A stretch of 64,000 nucleotides of DNA from an uncultured Eubacteriales bacterium. GTDB lineage: Bacteria > Bacillota > Clostridia > Christensenellales > Aristaeellaceae. The notes under the pieces are model-generated. The model saw nothing but the letters and a program-made list of their open reading frames with translations. It had not been told where the DNA came from and did not search any database. Shown in pieces: positions 26,917 to 35,942 of the stretch. Position 1 is the stretch's first letter. Each line of letters opens with the position of its first letter. A program made the position numbers and the translations under genes. Where the stretch lies: contig CADBZH010000011.1 of NCBI GenBank assembly GCA_902799045.1, forward strand, positions 118,434 to 182,433, given 5' to 3'.

Positions 26917-27691
26917 GCTGATGAAATACGAATTCCGCAAGCTGCGGACCACGCTTCTGGCGATGTTCGGCGCGCTCGTCGCGCTGGAGATCGGCTTCCT
27001 GGCAGGCATCGCCCAGAACAATGACAAGTTGACGGGCATCTGCATCGCGCTTTTGATGCTGCTCACGTTCCTGGTCTACGCCTACATCATCCTGGCGGGC
27101 ATGGCCAGCTATTCCCGCGAGCTGAAGGAAAAGTCCGGCTATCTGATCTTCATGACGCCGGTCAGCACGCCGGGCGTGGTGCTGTCGAAGCTGCTGTTCA
27201 CGGGCCTGGCCGCCCTGGTGGTCACCACCGTTTTCGGCGGCGTCGCCTGGCTGGACATCCGCCACCTGATACAGCGCGCACACCTGAGCGCCAGGGAACT
27301 GGAGCAGGTCAACATGATCCTGCGCTTCGGCCTGAACGCCAACGCCGATGTCTGGCAGATCATGCGGGTGATCGGCTACTACGCCGGCACCATCCTCATC
27401 CAGGTGATGCTCACCATGTGCACCGCCTATCTGTCCATCACCCTGGCCGCCACGCTGCTGCAAAACAAGAAGGGCTTCCTGCGCGCGCTGATCAGCCTGG
27501 CGCTGTTCGTCGGCCTCACCTGGGGCTCCAGCTGGCTCACCCAGCGCCTTATCTACAACCGGATCGACACCACCGCCACCCTCGCCCAGTTCATCAGCAC
27601 CCTCGGCTGGTCGTTCCTGCTCAACGCCGTCCTCAGCGTCGTGTTCACCGCCGCGTCGGTGTGGCTGCTGGAGCGGAAGGTAAACCTTTAA
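26909..27691 (+). CDS. ABC-2-type membrane permease (hypothetical)
   Basis: Start ATG 26909 after GGAGGAGG, overlapping the ATPase stop; about 6 predicted TM segments. Confidence 0.7.
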   Translation: MLKLMKYEFRKLRTTLLAMFGALVALEIGFLAGIAQNNDKLTGICIALLMLLTFLVYAYIILAGMASYSRELKEKSGYLIFMTPVSTPGVVLSKLLFTGLAALVVTTVFGGVAWLDIRHLIQRAHLSARELEQVNMILRFGLNANADVWQIMRVIGYYAGTILIQVMLTMCTAYLSITLAATLLQNKKGFLRALISLALFVGLTWGSSWLTQRLIYNRIDTTATLAQFISTLGWSFLLNAVLSVVFTAASVWLLERKVNL

Positions 27692-27707
27692 GCGTCAGGA
27701 GGGCAAC

Positions 27708-29615
27708 ATGACGGAATCCCTGAAGCGCCCCTTCAACGGCGCGCGCATGTCGCCGGAGCTGGAATTCAAGATCGCGAACCTGCCGGACTCGCCGGGCTGC
27801 TACCTGATGAAGTCGGAGGGCGAGATCATCTACGTGGGCAAGGCCAAGAACCTGAAAAACCGCGTCAGCCAGTATTTCCACTTCTCCGCCCAGCACACCC
27901 CCAAGGTGCGCGCGATGGTGGAAAAGATCGACGATTTCGACATCATGCTGGTGGACAACGAGCTGGAGGCCTTCACGTTGGAGTGCAACCTCATCAAGCT
28001 GCACATGCCCCACTACAACATCCTCCTGAAGGACGACAAGACCTATCCCTTCATCCGGGTGGACCTGCGGGAAAGCTTTCCCCGGGTGGCGCTGGTGCGC
28101 CGCCAGGAGAAGGACGGCGCGAAGTACTTCGGCCCCTTCCAGGGCGCGACGGTCGTGCGCGAGGTGCTGGACGTGGTGCGCATGGTGTTCCCGATCCGGG
28201 TATGCTCGAAGAAGCTGAACCCCGAAAAGCCGCTGCGCCCCTGCGTCCACCACCAGGTGGGCCAGTGCCCCGCGCCCTGCGCCGGCCTGATCTCCGAGGA
28301 GGATTACCGCGCGACCATCTCAAAGGTCATCGACTTCCTGAACGGCAAATACGCCCCGGTGCTCTCCGAGCTGAAGGAGCGAATGACGGAGGCCTCCGCC
28401 GAGATGAACTACGAGCGCGCCGCCCTCTACCGCGACCGCATCCGCGCCGTGGAGGCCGTGATGCAGAAGCAGAAGGCCATCTCCACCGCCCAGGCCGACC
28501 AGGACATCATCGCCGTCCTCCCGCACGACGCCGACGCCATGGTGCAGCTGATGTTCGTGCGCTCCGGGCGGATGATCGGCTCCGAGCGCTTCACGCTGGA
28601 AGGCGCCGCCGACGAGCCCCAGGGCGAGATCCTGACCCAGTTCATGCTGCAATACTACGGCCCGGAGATCACCCCGCCGCGCGAGATCCTGCTCTCGGCC
28701 ACGCCGCCGGAGCACGACGTGATCGAGCAGCTGCTGTCCGAGCAGCACGGCGCGCGCACCTACCTCCTCACCCCCCGCCGGGGCGAAAAGCTCAAGCTGG
28801 TGCGCATGGCGATCAAGAACCTGAAGGACGAGGCCCACAAGCTGGACCGCAGGAACGCCGGCAGCCGCGCCCGCACCATCGGCGCGCTGGAGGAGCTGCA
28901 GCAGGTGCTGAACCTGCCCACCCTGCCCCGGCGCATCGAGGGCTACGACATCTCCAACACCCAGGGGGCCCAGTCCGTCGCCAGCGAGGTGGTGATGGTG
29001 GACGGCCTGAGCGCCAACAAGGAGTATCGCCACTACCGCATCAAGACCGTCGAGGGCGCCAATGACTTCGCCTCCATGTACGAGGTCATCACCCGCCGCC
29101 TCTCCCACGGCCTGGACGAGCTGGCCGAGCGCCGCGAACAGGGGCTCGATCCCCAGGGCGGCAAGTTCTCGTGGCTTCCGGACCTGATCCTGGTGGACGG
29201 CGGCCGGGGCCAGCTGGCCGCGGCCATGGAGGCCATGGAGGCCCAGGGGCTGAGCATCCCGATAATCGGCCTGGCCAAGCGCATCGAGGAGATCGTGCTC
29301 CCCGGCGAGGCGGAGTCCATCCTGCTGGACCGCCACTCCAACGCCCTGCACCTGATCCAGCGCGTGCGCGACGAGAGCCACCGCTTCGCCATCATCCACC
29401 ACCGCGCCCTCCGCGGCCGCGCCTCCATCGCCTCCCGGCTGGACGGCATCCCCGGCGTGGGCGAAAAGCGCCGCAAGGCGATCCTCAAGCACTTCAAGAC
29501 CGTCGAAGCCCTCCGCGCCGCCAGCCTGGAGGACATCAAGAGCGTCCCCGGCATGCCGGAAAAGGTCGCCGAGAGCGTGTATCGGTTTATGCGGGAGGAT
29601 GCAAACCATGAGTGA
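27708..29615 (+). CDS. uvrC: Excinuclease ABC subunit C
   Basis: 635 aa; GIY-YIG (GCYLMKSEGEIIYVGKAKNLKNR), UVR domain, C-terminal HhH. Confidence 0.96.
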   Translation: MTESLKRPFNGARMSPELEFKIANLPDSPGCYLMKSEGEIIYVGKAKNLKNRVSQYFHFSAQHTPKVRAMVEKIDDFDIMLVDNELEAFTLECNLIKLHMPHYNILLKDDKTYPFIRVDLRESFPRVALVRRQEKDGAKYFGPFQGATVVREVLDVVRMVFPIRVCSKKLNPEKPLRPCVHHQVGQCPAPCAGLISEEDYRATISKVIDFLNGKYAPVLSELKERMTEASAEMNYERAALYRDRIRAVEAVMQKQKAISTAQADQDIIAVLPHDADAMVQLMFVRSGRMIGSERFTLEGAADEPQGEILTQFMLQYYGPEITPPREILLSATPPEHDVIEQLLSEQHGARTYLLTPRRGEKLKLVRMAIKNLKDEAHKLDRRNAGSRARTIGALEELQQVLNLPTLPRRIEGYDISNTQGAQSVASEVVMVDGLSANKEYRHYRIKTVEGANDFASMYEVITRRLSHGLDELAERREQGLDPQGGKFSWLPDLILVDGGRGQLAAAMEAMEAQGLSIPIIGLAKRIEEIVLPGEAESILLDRHSNALHLIQRVRDESHRFAIIHHRALRGRASIASRLDGIPGVGEKRRKAILKHFKTVEALRAASLEDIKSVPGMPEKVAESVYRFMREDANHE

Positions 29616-29648
29616 TCTCTAGGTGTCTGGGCCGAGCTGCCCCATCAC

Positions 29649-29677
29649 TTGACAGATCGTTGTATCTACTATAAAAT
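29649..29677 (+). promoter_or_regulatory. Strong candidate promoter TTGACA-17-TAAAAT
   Basis: TTGACA 29649-29654, TAAAAT 29672-29677. Confidence 0.55.
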
Positions 29678-29757
29678 AAACGTGTTCCGAAAGGGACCGA
29701 GGACGGACAACAAACGCGCATGGCGGTTGCAAACTGCCTCCGAAAGGAGGTGGTGCA

Positions 29758-29844
29758 ATGCGGATTACATTCCACATCGGAAGATTCACCATCACGGTCA
29801 TCGTGAGGGATCGCAAAGCAAGCAGCCGCCACTCGGCCAAGTGA
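29758..29844 (+). CDS. Candidate 28-codon small ORF (MRITFHIGRFTITVIVRDRKASSRHSAK)
   Basis: Perfect SD AAAGGAGGTG 5 nt before the ATG, downstream of the promoter. The SD is paired in CCTCC-GAAA-GGAGG. No homology assessed. Confidence 0.3.
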   Translation: MRITFHIGRFTITVIVRDRKASSRHSAK

Positions 29845-29971
29845 CGGCTGTAATGCGGGCTTAATGCCCAAGTTCAGCTAAAGGAGGTGCAACCGCGTGC
29901 GTGGTTCGTCCTCCGTATCTATTATATTACGGTCTTGGCCGCCTGTCAAGACATCAACGATGGAGGTCAAT

Positions 29972-30439
29972 ATGCCCATCCGCCCCGCCACGGAAGCCGA
30001 TGTCTCGCGGATCGCGGAGATCATCGTGTTCAACAACCGGCTCAACTTCTTTCCGATCTTCAGGGACGAGTCCTTTTCCTTCGGCACGGTGCAGGTGCTT
30101 CCGCTGGCGAGGCAATACCTGAACGACCCGGATCTGCTGCACAGGGCCTGGATATACGACGACGGCGTCGTCAAGGGGTTGACCGTGGTGAAGGGACCCG
30201 AGATCGAAAAGCTGTACGTGGAGCCCGCCTTCCAGGGCCGGGGCATCGGCGCGGCGCTGCTGGCATATGCCGTGGACGCGCTGGGCGCCCGATGGCTGTG
30301 GGCGCTGGAGAAGAACGAAGGCGCGCTGCGCTTCTACGCGCGCCACGGCTTCACGCCCACCGGCGCGCGCATGCTGGAGGAGGGGACGTCGGAATACCTG
30401 GTTCAATTGCAATATCATCCATCTCATGGGAGGTCATAG
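29972..30439 (+). CDS. GNAT family N-acetyltransferase
   Basis: QGRGIGAALL acetyl-CoA loop and ALRFYARHGF. Start ATG 29972 after GGAGG. An in-frame GTG at 29897 also has a strong SD. Confidence 0.85.
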   Translation: MPIRPATEADVSRIAEIIVFNNRLNFFPIFRDESFSFGTVQVLPLARQYLNDPDLLHRAWIYDDGVVKGLTVVKGPEIEKLYVEPAFQGRGIGAALLAYAVDALGARWLWALEKNEGALRFYARHGFTPTGARMLEEGTSEYLVQLQYHPSHGRS

Positions 30440-30443
30440 AAAT

Positions 30444-31874
30444 ATGGACTACGCCAACCTGGACAGGATCGTGGATTCCTACCGCGAGGAACTGATCGAA
30501 AACATCCGCAAGTGGGTCGCCATCCCCTCGGTGCAGGGGAAGCCCGCCGGCGCAAACGCCCCCTTCGGCGCCGAGGTGCGCCAGATGCTGGACACGGCGC
30601 TGGAGGACGGCCGCCGCTTCGGCTTTGAGGTGCGCGATATCGACGGCTATGCCGGCGACATCAGCTATGGCTCCGGCCCGCAGACCATGGGCATGCTGGC
30701 CCACCTGGACGTGGTGCCCCTGGGCGACGGCTGGACGCACGACCCGCTGGGCGGCGAGATCGAAGGCGGGCGGATGTACGGCCGCGGCACCACCGACGAC
30801 AAGGGCCCGGCCCTCTGCGCCCTCTACGCCATGCGCGCCGTGAAGGAGGCGGGCATCCCGCTGAAGGACGGCGTGCGCCTGATCCTCGGCTGCGACGAGG
30901 AGACCGGCATGAGCGACATGCGCCACTACGCCTCGAAGATCCGGATGCCCGATTACGGCTTCTCCCCGGACGCGGAGTTCCCCGTCATCAACATCGAAAA
31001 GGGCGGCGTGAACATGCGCCTCAGCAAGGTCACGGGCGGCGAGAGCGGCGCGGCGATCCCGGTCTATTCCCTCTATACCGGCGAGCGCCCCAACGTGGTG
31101 CCCGCCGAAGCCACCGCCGTGGTCGGCCTTGACTTTCTGACGCTGGACGCGCTGAACGAAAAGCTCGCCGCCATCGAGAAGGCCCACGACCGCTTCCGCC
31201 TCAGCGCCGCCGCCGAGGGCGAAGGCGCGGCGAAGATCACCGCCGCCGGCAAGGGCGCCCACGCGGCCATGCCCGAGGGCGGCGTCAACGCCGCGGGCAT
31301 GCTGCTGATCGCCCTGAAAGCGCTGGGCGCGGGTGGCGAAGGCGCCCGCGCGGCCATCGCCATGCTCGCGGACGCCGTGGGCATGGAGTACACCGGCAAG
31401 AGCCTGGGCATCGCCTGCGCGGACGAGCTGTCCGGCGCGCTGACCTGCAACCTGGGCATCCTTCGCTACGACGGCAATGAGCTCTCCGCCCTGCTGGACA
31501 TCCGCTATCCCCTCTGCGGCAGCGAGGAACTGATGCTGGGCCAGGCCGCCAAGCGCGTCGCCGAAGCCGGCATGAGCGTCTGCTGCGCCGCCAGCCACAC
31601 CCCGCTGCACGTGCCCGCCGATAGCAAGATCGTGCGCGGCCTGCTGAAGGTGTATCACGAAGTCACGGGCCTTCCGGCCTACACCATCGCCATCGGCGGC
31701 GGCACCTATTCCCGCATGATGCCCAACACCGTGGCCTTCGGCGTCTGCTTCCCCGGTGACATGGACGTGTGCCACATCGCCGACGAGTACATCGACGTGG
31801 AGAAGATGATGCTCGGCGTGAAGATCTTCGCCCACGCCATCGCCGAAATCGCCGGCGGACAGATCGAGGATTAG
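30444..31874 (+). CDS. pepV: M20-family dipeptidase (PepV/Sapep-like)
   Basis: 476 aa from ATG 30444 (GGGAGG upstream); HLDVVP, GRGTTDDKGP and GCDEETG motifs. Confidence 0.85.
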   Translation: MDYANLDRIVDSYREELIENIRKWVAIPSVQGKPAGANAPFGAEVRQMLDTALEDGRRFGFEVRDIDGYAGDISYGSGPQTMGMLAHLDVVPLGDGWTHDPLGGEIEGGRMYGRGTTDDKGPALCALYAMRAVKEAGIPLKDGVRLILGCDEETGMSDMRHYASKIRMPDYGFSPDAEFPVINIEKGGVNMRLSKVTGGESGAAIPVYSLYTGERPNVVPAEATAVVGLDFLTLDALNEKLAAIEKAHDRFRLSAAAEGEGAAKITAAGKGAHAAMPEGGVNAAGMLLIALKALGAGGEGARAAIAMLADAVGMEYTGKSLGIACADELSGALTCNLGILRYDGNELSALLDIRYPLCGSEELMLGQAAKRVAEAGMSVCCAASHTPLHVPADSKIVRGLLKVYHEVTGLPAYTIAIGGGTYSRMMPNTVAFGVCFPGDMDVCHIADEYIDVEKMMLGVKIFAHAIAEIAGGQIED

Positions 31875-31880
31875 AAATCC

Positions 31881-31953
31881 GGGAAGAGGGAGCAGGAAAT
31901 GCCGAAGAACGCGCAACGCATCCCTACTCCCTACTCCCTACTCCCTACTCCCC
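31881..31953. repeat. E-type element with a 4 x CCCTACTC microsatellite
   Basis: GGGAAGAGGGAGCAGGAAATG, loop, then CATCCCTACTCCCTACTCCCTACTCCCTACTCCCCC. Confidence 0.85.
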
Positions 31954-31982
31954 CAACGCAACAAAAGGAAGGATACATTCCC

Positions 31983-32672
31983 ATGTCTGCCAAACCTTTT
32001 TCCATCGCCATCGACGGGCCCGCGGGCGCGGGCAAATCCACCATGGCCAAGGCGCTGGCGAAGCAGCTGGACGCCATGTACCTGGACACCGGCGCCATGT
32101 ATCGCGCCTTCGGCCTCCACATGCTGCGCAGGGACGCCGTGAACAACCCCGCCGCCGTCGCCAAATGCGTCGAGGACGTGGACATCGCCGTGCGCTTCAT
32201 CGACGGCGCGCAGCACCTGTTCCTGGGCGACGAGGACGTGACCCGCGCCATCCGCGAGCCGGAGGTGTCCATGGCCGCCAGCACCGTCTCGGCCGTGCCC
32301 GAGGTGCGCGAGCGCATGGTGGCGCTGCAGCGCAAGATCGCCGAGGGCCAGAACGTCGTCATGGACGGGCGGGACATCGGCACCAAGGTGCTGCCGAACG
32401 CCACGCTGAAGATCTACCTCACCGCCTCCGCCGAGGAGCGCGCCCGCCGCCGCTGCAACGAGCTGGCGGAGAAGGGCATGCCGGAGCCCTACGAGCAGGT
32501 GCTTCAGGACATGATCCGGCGCGACTATCAGGACACCCATCGCGCCGCCTCCCCCCTCCAGCCCGCCGAGGACAGCGTCCACGTGGATTCCTCCCACCTC
32601 ACCATCGACGAAACCGTCGCACTGATGAAGGAACTCGCCCTGAAGGCCATCTCCTCGGCCGCCGACCGCTGA
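31983..32672 (+). CDS. cmk: Cytidylate kinase
   Basis: Start ATG 31983; IAIDGPAGAGKST P-loop; typical Cmk length of 229 aa. Confidence 0.93.
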   Translation: MSAKPFSIAIDGPAGAGKSTMAKALAKQLDAMYLDTGAMYRAFGLHMLRRDAVNNPAAVAKCVEDVDIAVRFIDGAQHLFLGDEDVTRAIREPEVSMAASTVSAVPEVRERMVALQRKIAEGQNVVMDGRDIGTKVLPNATLKIYLTASAEERARRRCNELAEKGMPEPYEQVLQDMIRRDYQDTHRAASPLQPAEDSVHVDSSHLTIDETVALMKELALKAISSAADR

Positions 32673-32691
32673 CCACACATCAGGTGATTGC

Positions 32692-33282
32692 ATGAACAAA
32701 CGCTTCTACCGCTTCATGTGCGCCTTCGTTCGCCCGTTCTACGCGCTGTTCTTTCCGGCGCGGGTGACGGGCACGGAGAACATTCCCCGCGAGGGCGCCT
32801 TCATACTCTGCTGCAACCACTGCAGCAACCACGATCCCTTCTACCTGGCCCTGCGCGAGCCGCAGCGCTATTTCCACTTCATGTCCAAGTCCAACCTGTT
32901 CAGGTGGAAGCCCGCGGCGGCCTTCTTCACGGCGCTGGGCGCCTTTTCGGTCGATCGCGGCAACAGCGACCTGGCCGCCATCCGCATGGCCCTGAGCCTG
33001 CTGAAGGAGGGCCACGGCCTGGCGATCTTCCCCCAGGGCACCCGCGTCAAGGACAACCACCCCGCGCCGATGCTGGAGGGCGTGTCCATGATCGCGCTGC
33101 GCTCCGGCGCGCCGGTGATCCCCGCCTACATCGGCGGCCCCTACCGCCTCTTCCGCAAGACCCAGCTCTCCTTCGGCCCGCCCGTCAGCTTCGAGGGCCT
33201 GCCCAAGCGCATGGACAGCCTCACCCTCGACGCCGCCACCCGCCGCATCGAGGCGGCCGTCTGGGGCCTCAAGGACGACTGA
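32692..33282 (+). CDS. plsC: 1-acyl-sn-glycerol-3-phosphate acyltransferase
   Basis: HX4D (NHCSNHD) and FPQGTR motifs. Confidence 0.88.
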   Translation: MNKRFYRFMCAFVRPFYALFFPARVTGTENIPREGAFILCCNHCSNHDPFYLALREPQRYFHFMSKSNLFRWKPAAAFFTALGAFSVDRGNSDLAAIRMALSLLKEGHGLAIFPQGTRVKDNHPAPMLEGVSMIALRSGAPVIPAYIGGPYRLFRKTQLSFGPPVSFEGLPKRMDSLTLDAATRRIEAAVWGLKDD

Positions 33283-33303
33283 TGCCGTTTTCATTCAAAA
33301 GCC

Positions 33304-33406
33304 GGATCCTTCGCCAGGGGATGGCGCCCATCGCTGTCAGCACTGCGCCGCCATCCCCTTCAGGGCGGTGCGCCCATCGGCGTCATCCTGAGCGAAGCGA
33401 AGGATC
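33304..33406. repeat. Nested palindromic element (outer GATCCTTCGC/GCGAAGGATC, inner AGGGGATGG/CCATCCCCT, GTCATCCTGAGCGAAGCGAAGGATC motif)
   Basis: Arms read directly; internal ~18-nt direct repeat GCGCCCATCG(C/G)(T/C)GTCA. Confidence 0.8.
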
Positions 33407-33563
33407 TTCTCCATTCCGCAAGCGCCAAAAAGCGGCGCAAATCACGTTAAAATTGCATTAATTCCAAAAAGTATGCAGGAATTATAAACATCCCAATCGA
33501 AATTACACGGATAGCGTTAATAGGTTATTTATGGCTGTACCCTGTGTACGGGATGAATAACCG

Positions 33564-35576
33564 TTGTGGAGGCGAAGGGCAATCGCGCGCGTTTTGTTGG
33601 CGCAGCACGCTGGTTTTTGCTTCGGCGTGCGCCGCGCCGTGGAGACCGCCGAGCGCTCGGCCCCGGCCTTGACGCTGGGCCCCATCATCCACAACCCGCA
33701 GGTCGTGGAGGCCCTGGAGGCGATCGGCGTTCAAAGCGTCCACTCCACGGAGGAGGTTCCCCCGTCCGCGCGGGTGGTGATCCGCTCCCACGGCATCGGC
33801 CAGGGCGCCCACCGGGCGCTGGCGGAGCGTGGCTGCGAGATCATCGACGCCACCTGCCCGTTCGTGCGCCGCATCCACGACATGGCCCGCGCCGCCTCGG
33901 AATCCGGCATGCCGCTGATCGTCATCGGCGAACGGGAGCATCCGGAGGTGCAGGGCATTCTGGGCTGGACGGACGCGCCAGCCTTCGCCGTGATGACGGA
34001 GGAGGATGTCAACGCCCTTCCCCCGCTTCAGGAGGCGCTGGTCGTGGCCCAGACCACCCAGGTGCAGGAGCGCTTTGACGCGCTGTGCGCGCTTCTGAAG
34101 GTGCGCGTCCCCCGCCTGGATATCCACGCCACCATCTGCACCGCCACGCGCGACCGGCAGGCGGAGGTCGTCGACATCGCCCGCCGCGCGGACGTGATGC
34201 TGGTCATCGGCGGGCGGGACAGTTCAAACAGTCGCAAGCTGTACAGGCTCGCTGCTGATATATGCCGCAGGACGTATTTCATCGAATCCGCGGCCGAATT
34301 GGACGGAATCGACATTGCACCGTCCGATGCGATTGGGATTACAGCCGGTGCATCCACGCCGGATTGTATCATTAAGGAGGTTGTTGCAAGAATGAACGAC
34401 ATCGAGAAGAAAGTCACCCCCGAAGAGAACCAGGAACTTGAAGTCATGTCAGAAGAAGCCATTGACAAGACCATAGTTCAAATTCGCCCCGGCCAGATCA
34501 TCACTGGCAAGGTCGAAATGATCACCGACGATGAGGTTTGCGTCAACATCGGCTATAAGTCTGACGGTATCGTAAAGAAATCCGAGCTTTCTTCCACCGA
34601 TGTCAAGGAAGGCGATGAGATCGAAGTCGAGGTCGTCAAGGTCAATGACGGCGAAGGCAACGTTCTGCTTTCCCAGAAGAACATCATCAACCGCAAGGCC
34701 TGGGAAGAGATCTGCGCCAAGGAAGAAGCCGGCGAGTTCGTCGAAGGCGTGGGCAAGGAAGCCGTCAAGGGTGGCTTGCTGGCCGACGTGGCGGGCATCC
34801 GCACCTTCATCCCCGCGTCCCAGCTCTCCCTGCGCTATGTCGAGAAGATCGATGAGTTCGTGGGCCAGCCCATGACGCTGAAGATCATCGAGATCGACAA
34901 GGCCAAGAAGCGCATCGTGGCTTCCCGCAAGGCCGTCCTGATGGCTGAGGAGGCCGAGAAGAAGAAGAAGATCTGGGAGAACCTGGAAGTCGGCACCGTC
35001 GTGAAGGGCATCGTTCGCCGCCTGGCGGACTTCGGCGCCTTCGTGGATATCGGCGGCGTGGACGGCCTGGTGCACGTCACCGACCTCAGCTGGGGCCGCG
35101 TGAAGCATCCCTCCGACGTGGTTTCCGTCGGCCAGGAGATCGACGTGAAGATCCTGAACATCGATCCCGAGCGCGAGCGCATCTCCCTGTCCTACAAGCA
35201 GACCCAGCCCCGCCCCTGGACGGTCGCCGGTGAGAAGTATCCCGTCGGCTCCGTGGTGGAGGGCAAGGTCGTTCGCATCACCACCTTCGGCGCGTTCGTC
35301 GAGCTGGAGCCCGGCCTGGATGGCCTGGTGCACATCAGCCAGTGCGCCCTGACCCGCATCGCGAAGGTCGAGGACGCCGTGAACGTGGGCGACATCGTGC
35401 GCGTGAAGGTGCTGGACGTCAACACCGAAGCCAAGCGCATCTCCCTGTCCATCCGCGAGGTGCTGGAGGACGAGGCGCTGGCCAGCGACGACGGCGAGTA
35501 TGACATCGACGAGATTCCCGCCGAGGAAGAGTACGTCGAGGAAGCCCCCGCTGAGGAAGCTCCCGTCGAGGAATAA
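33564..35576 (+). CDS. ispH: Bifunctional IspH (HMBPP reductase) / ribosomal protein S1 fusion
   Basis: N-terminal HAGFCFGVRRAV IspH domain followed by four S1 repeats (GKV..I..FGAFV). Start is uncertain (TTG 33564 or downstream). Confidence 0.9.
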   Translation: MWRRRAIARVLLAQHAGFCFGVRRAVETAERSAPALTLGPIIHNPQVVEALEAIGVQSVHSTEEVPPSARVVIRSHGIGQGAHRALAERGCEIIDATCPFVRRIHDMARAASESGMPLIVIGEREHPEVQGILGWTDAPAFAVMTEEDVNALPPLQEALVVAQTTQVQERFDALCALLKVRVPRLDIHATICTATRDRQAEVVDIARRADVMLVIGGRDSSNSRKLYRLAADICRRTYFIESAAELDGIDIAPSDAIGITAGASTPDCIIKEVVARMNDIEKKVTPEENQELEVMSEEAIDKTIVQIRPGQIITGKVEMITDDEVCVNIGYKSDGIVKKSELSSTDVKEGDEIEVEVVKVNDGEGNVLLSQKNIINRKAWEEICAKEEAGEFVEGVGKEAVKGGLLADVAGIRTFIPASQLSLRYVEKIDEFVGQPMTLKIIEIDKAKKRIVASRKAVLMAEEAEKKKKIWENLEVGTVVKGIVRRLADFGAFVDIGGVDGLVHVTDLSWGRVKHPSDVVSVGQEIDVKILNIDPERERISLSYKQTQPRPWTVAGEKYPVGSVVEGKVVRITTFGAFVELEPGLDGLVHISQCALTRIAKVEDAVNVGDIVRVKVLDVNTEAKRISLSIREVLEDEALASDDGEYDIDEIPAEEEYVEEAPAEEAPVEE

Positions 35577-35588
35577 TCCCACAGATCA

Positions 35589-35616
35589 AGAGCGGCACGT
35601 CTGTGCCGCTCTTTTG
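35589..35616 (+). terminator. Rho-independent terminator after ispH-rpsA
   Basis: AGAGCGGCAC-GTCT-GTGCCGCTCT followed by TTTTG. Confidence 0.8.
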
Positions 35617-35617
35617 T

Positions 35618-35798
35618 GGTTCATCACGGAAACCTGGGGAATGAGCGAAATGCAGTCAGCTTCCCCTGCGTACAGATCCTGAGCGGAGCGCAGCCGAAGG
35701 CCCGCGAAGCGCAGGATCTTTACGTTCCGTTAGTGAACAGCATCGAAAGAGAAAACCCGCAAGTCCCTTCGTCTCATTCCCGAGCTTCCCGTGAAGAG
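35618..35798. repeat. C/D composite element: inverted termini TTCA(T/C)CACGGAAACCTGGGGAATGAGCGAA flanking an AGATCCTGCGC...GCGCAGGATCT palindrome
   Basis: Left arm 35618-35660, D palindrome 35673-35719, right arm 35767-35798. Related copies at 37003-37104, 38026-38110, 47420-47543 and 57121-57220; a degenerate copy near 59765. Confidence 0.85.
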
Positions 35799-35942
35799 CA
35801 ATTTATTACAGCAAACATGATACTCTGGCAGCAGCAGGGGCGCCGTTGCGGCGCCCGCCCACAGCGCAGCGATTCGCGATTGGGCAGACGCGAAGGCAGA
35901 TCCTCCGCCATGCCGCTGCCCCGCGAACCATGGAGGCATACC

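Noticed and set aside
29897-29971. GTG at 29897 as the GNAT start (it has a strong upstream SD)
   Set aside because: The added 25 residues are encoded by AT-rich, non-coding-like sequence and are not GNAT-like. ATG 29972 with GGAGG fits the family N-terminus. This remains an open alternative (see the sORF/leader finding).
31899-31982. N-terminal extension of cmk (MPKNAQRIPTPYSLLPTPPTQQKEGYIP) and similar extensions of pepV (30267), the hydrolase (35616), metG (41408), the SpoIID-like gene (22044), the caspase-like gene (19929) and argF (50901)
   Set aside because: The extensions read through intergenic repeat elements or AT-rich promoter DNA. Internal ATGs with proper SD spacing coincide with the conserved N-termini of the families.
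33564-35576. IspH fused to four S1 domains as an unusual fusion
   Set aside because: This bifunctional IspH/S1 architecture is a known, widespread feature of Clostridia.
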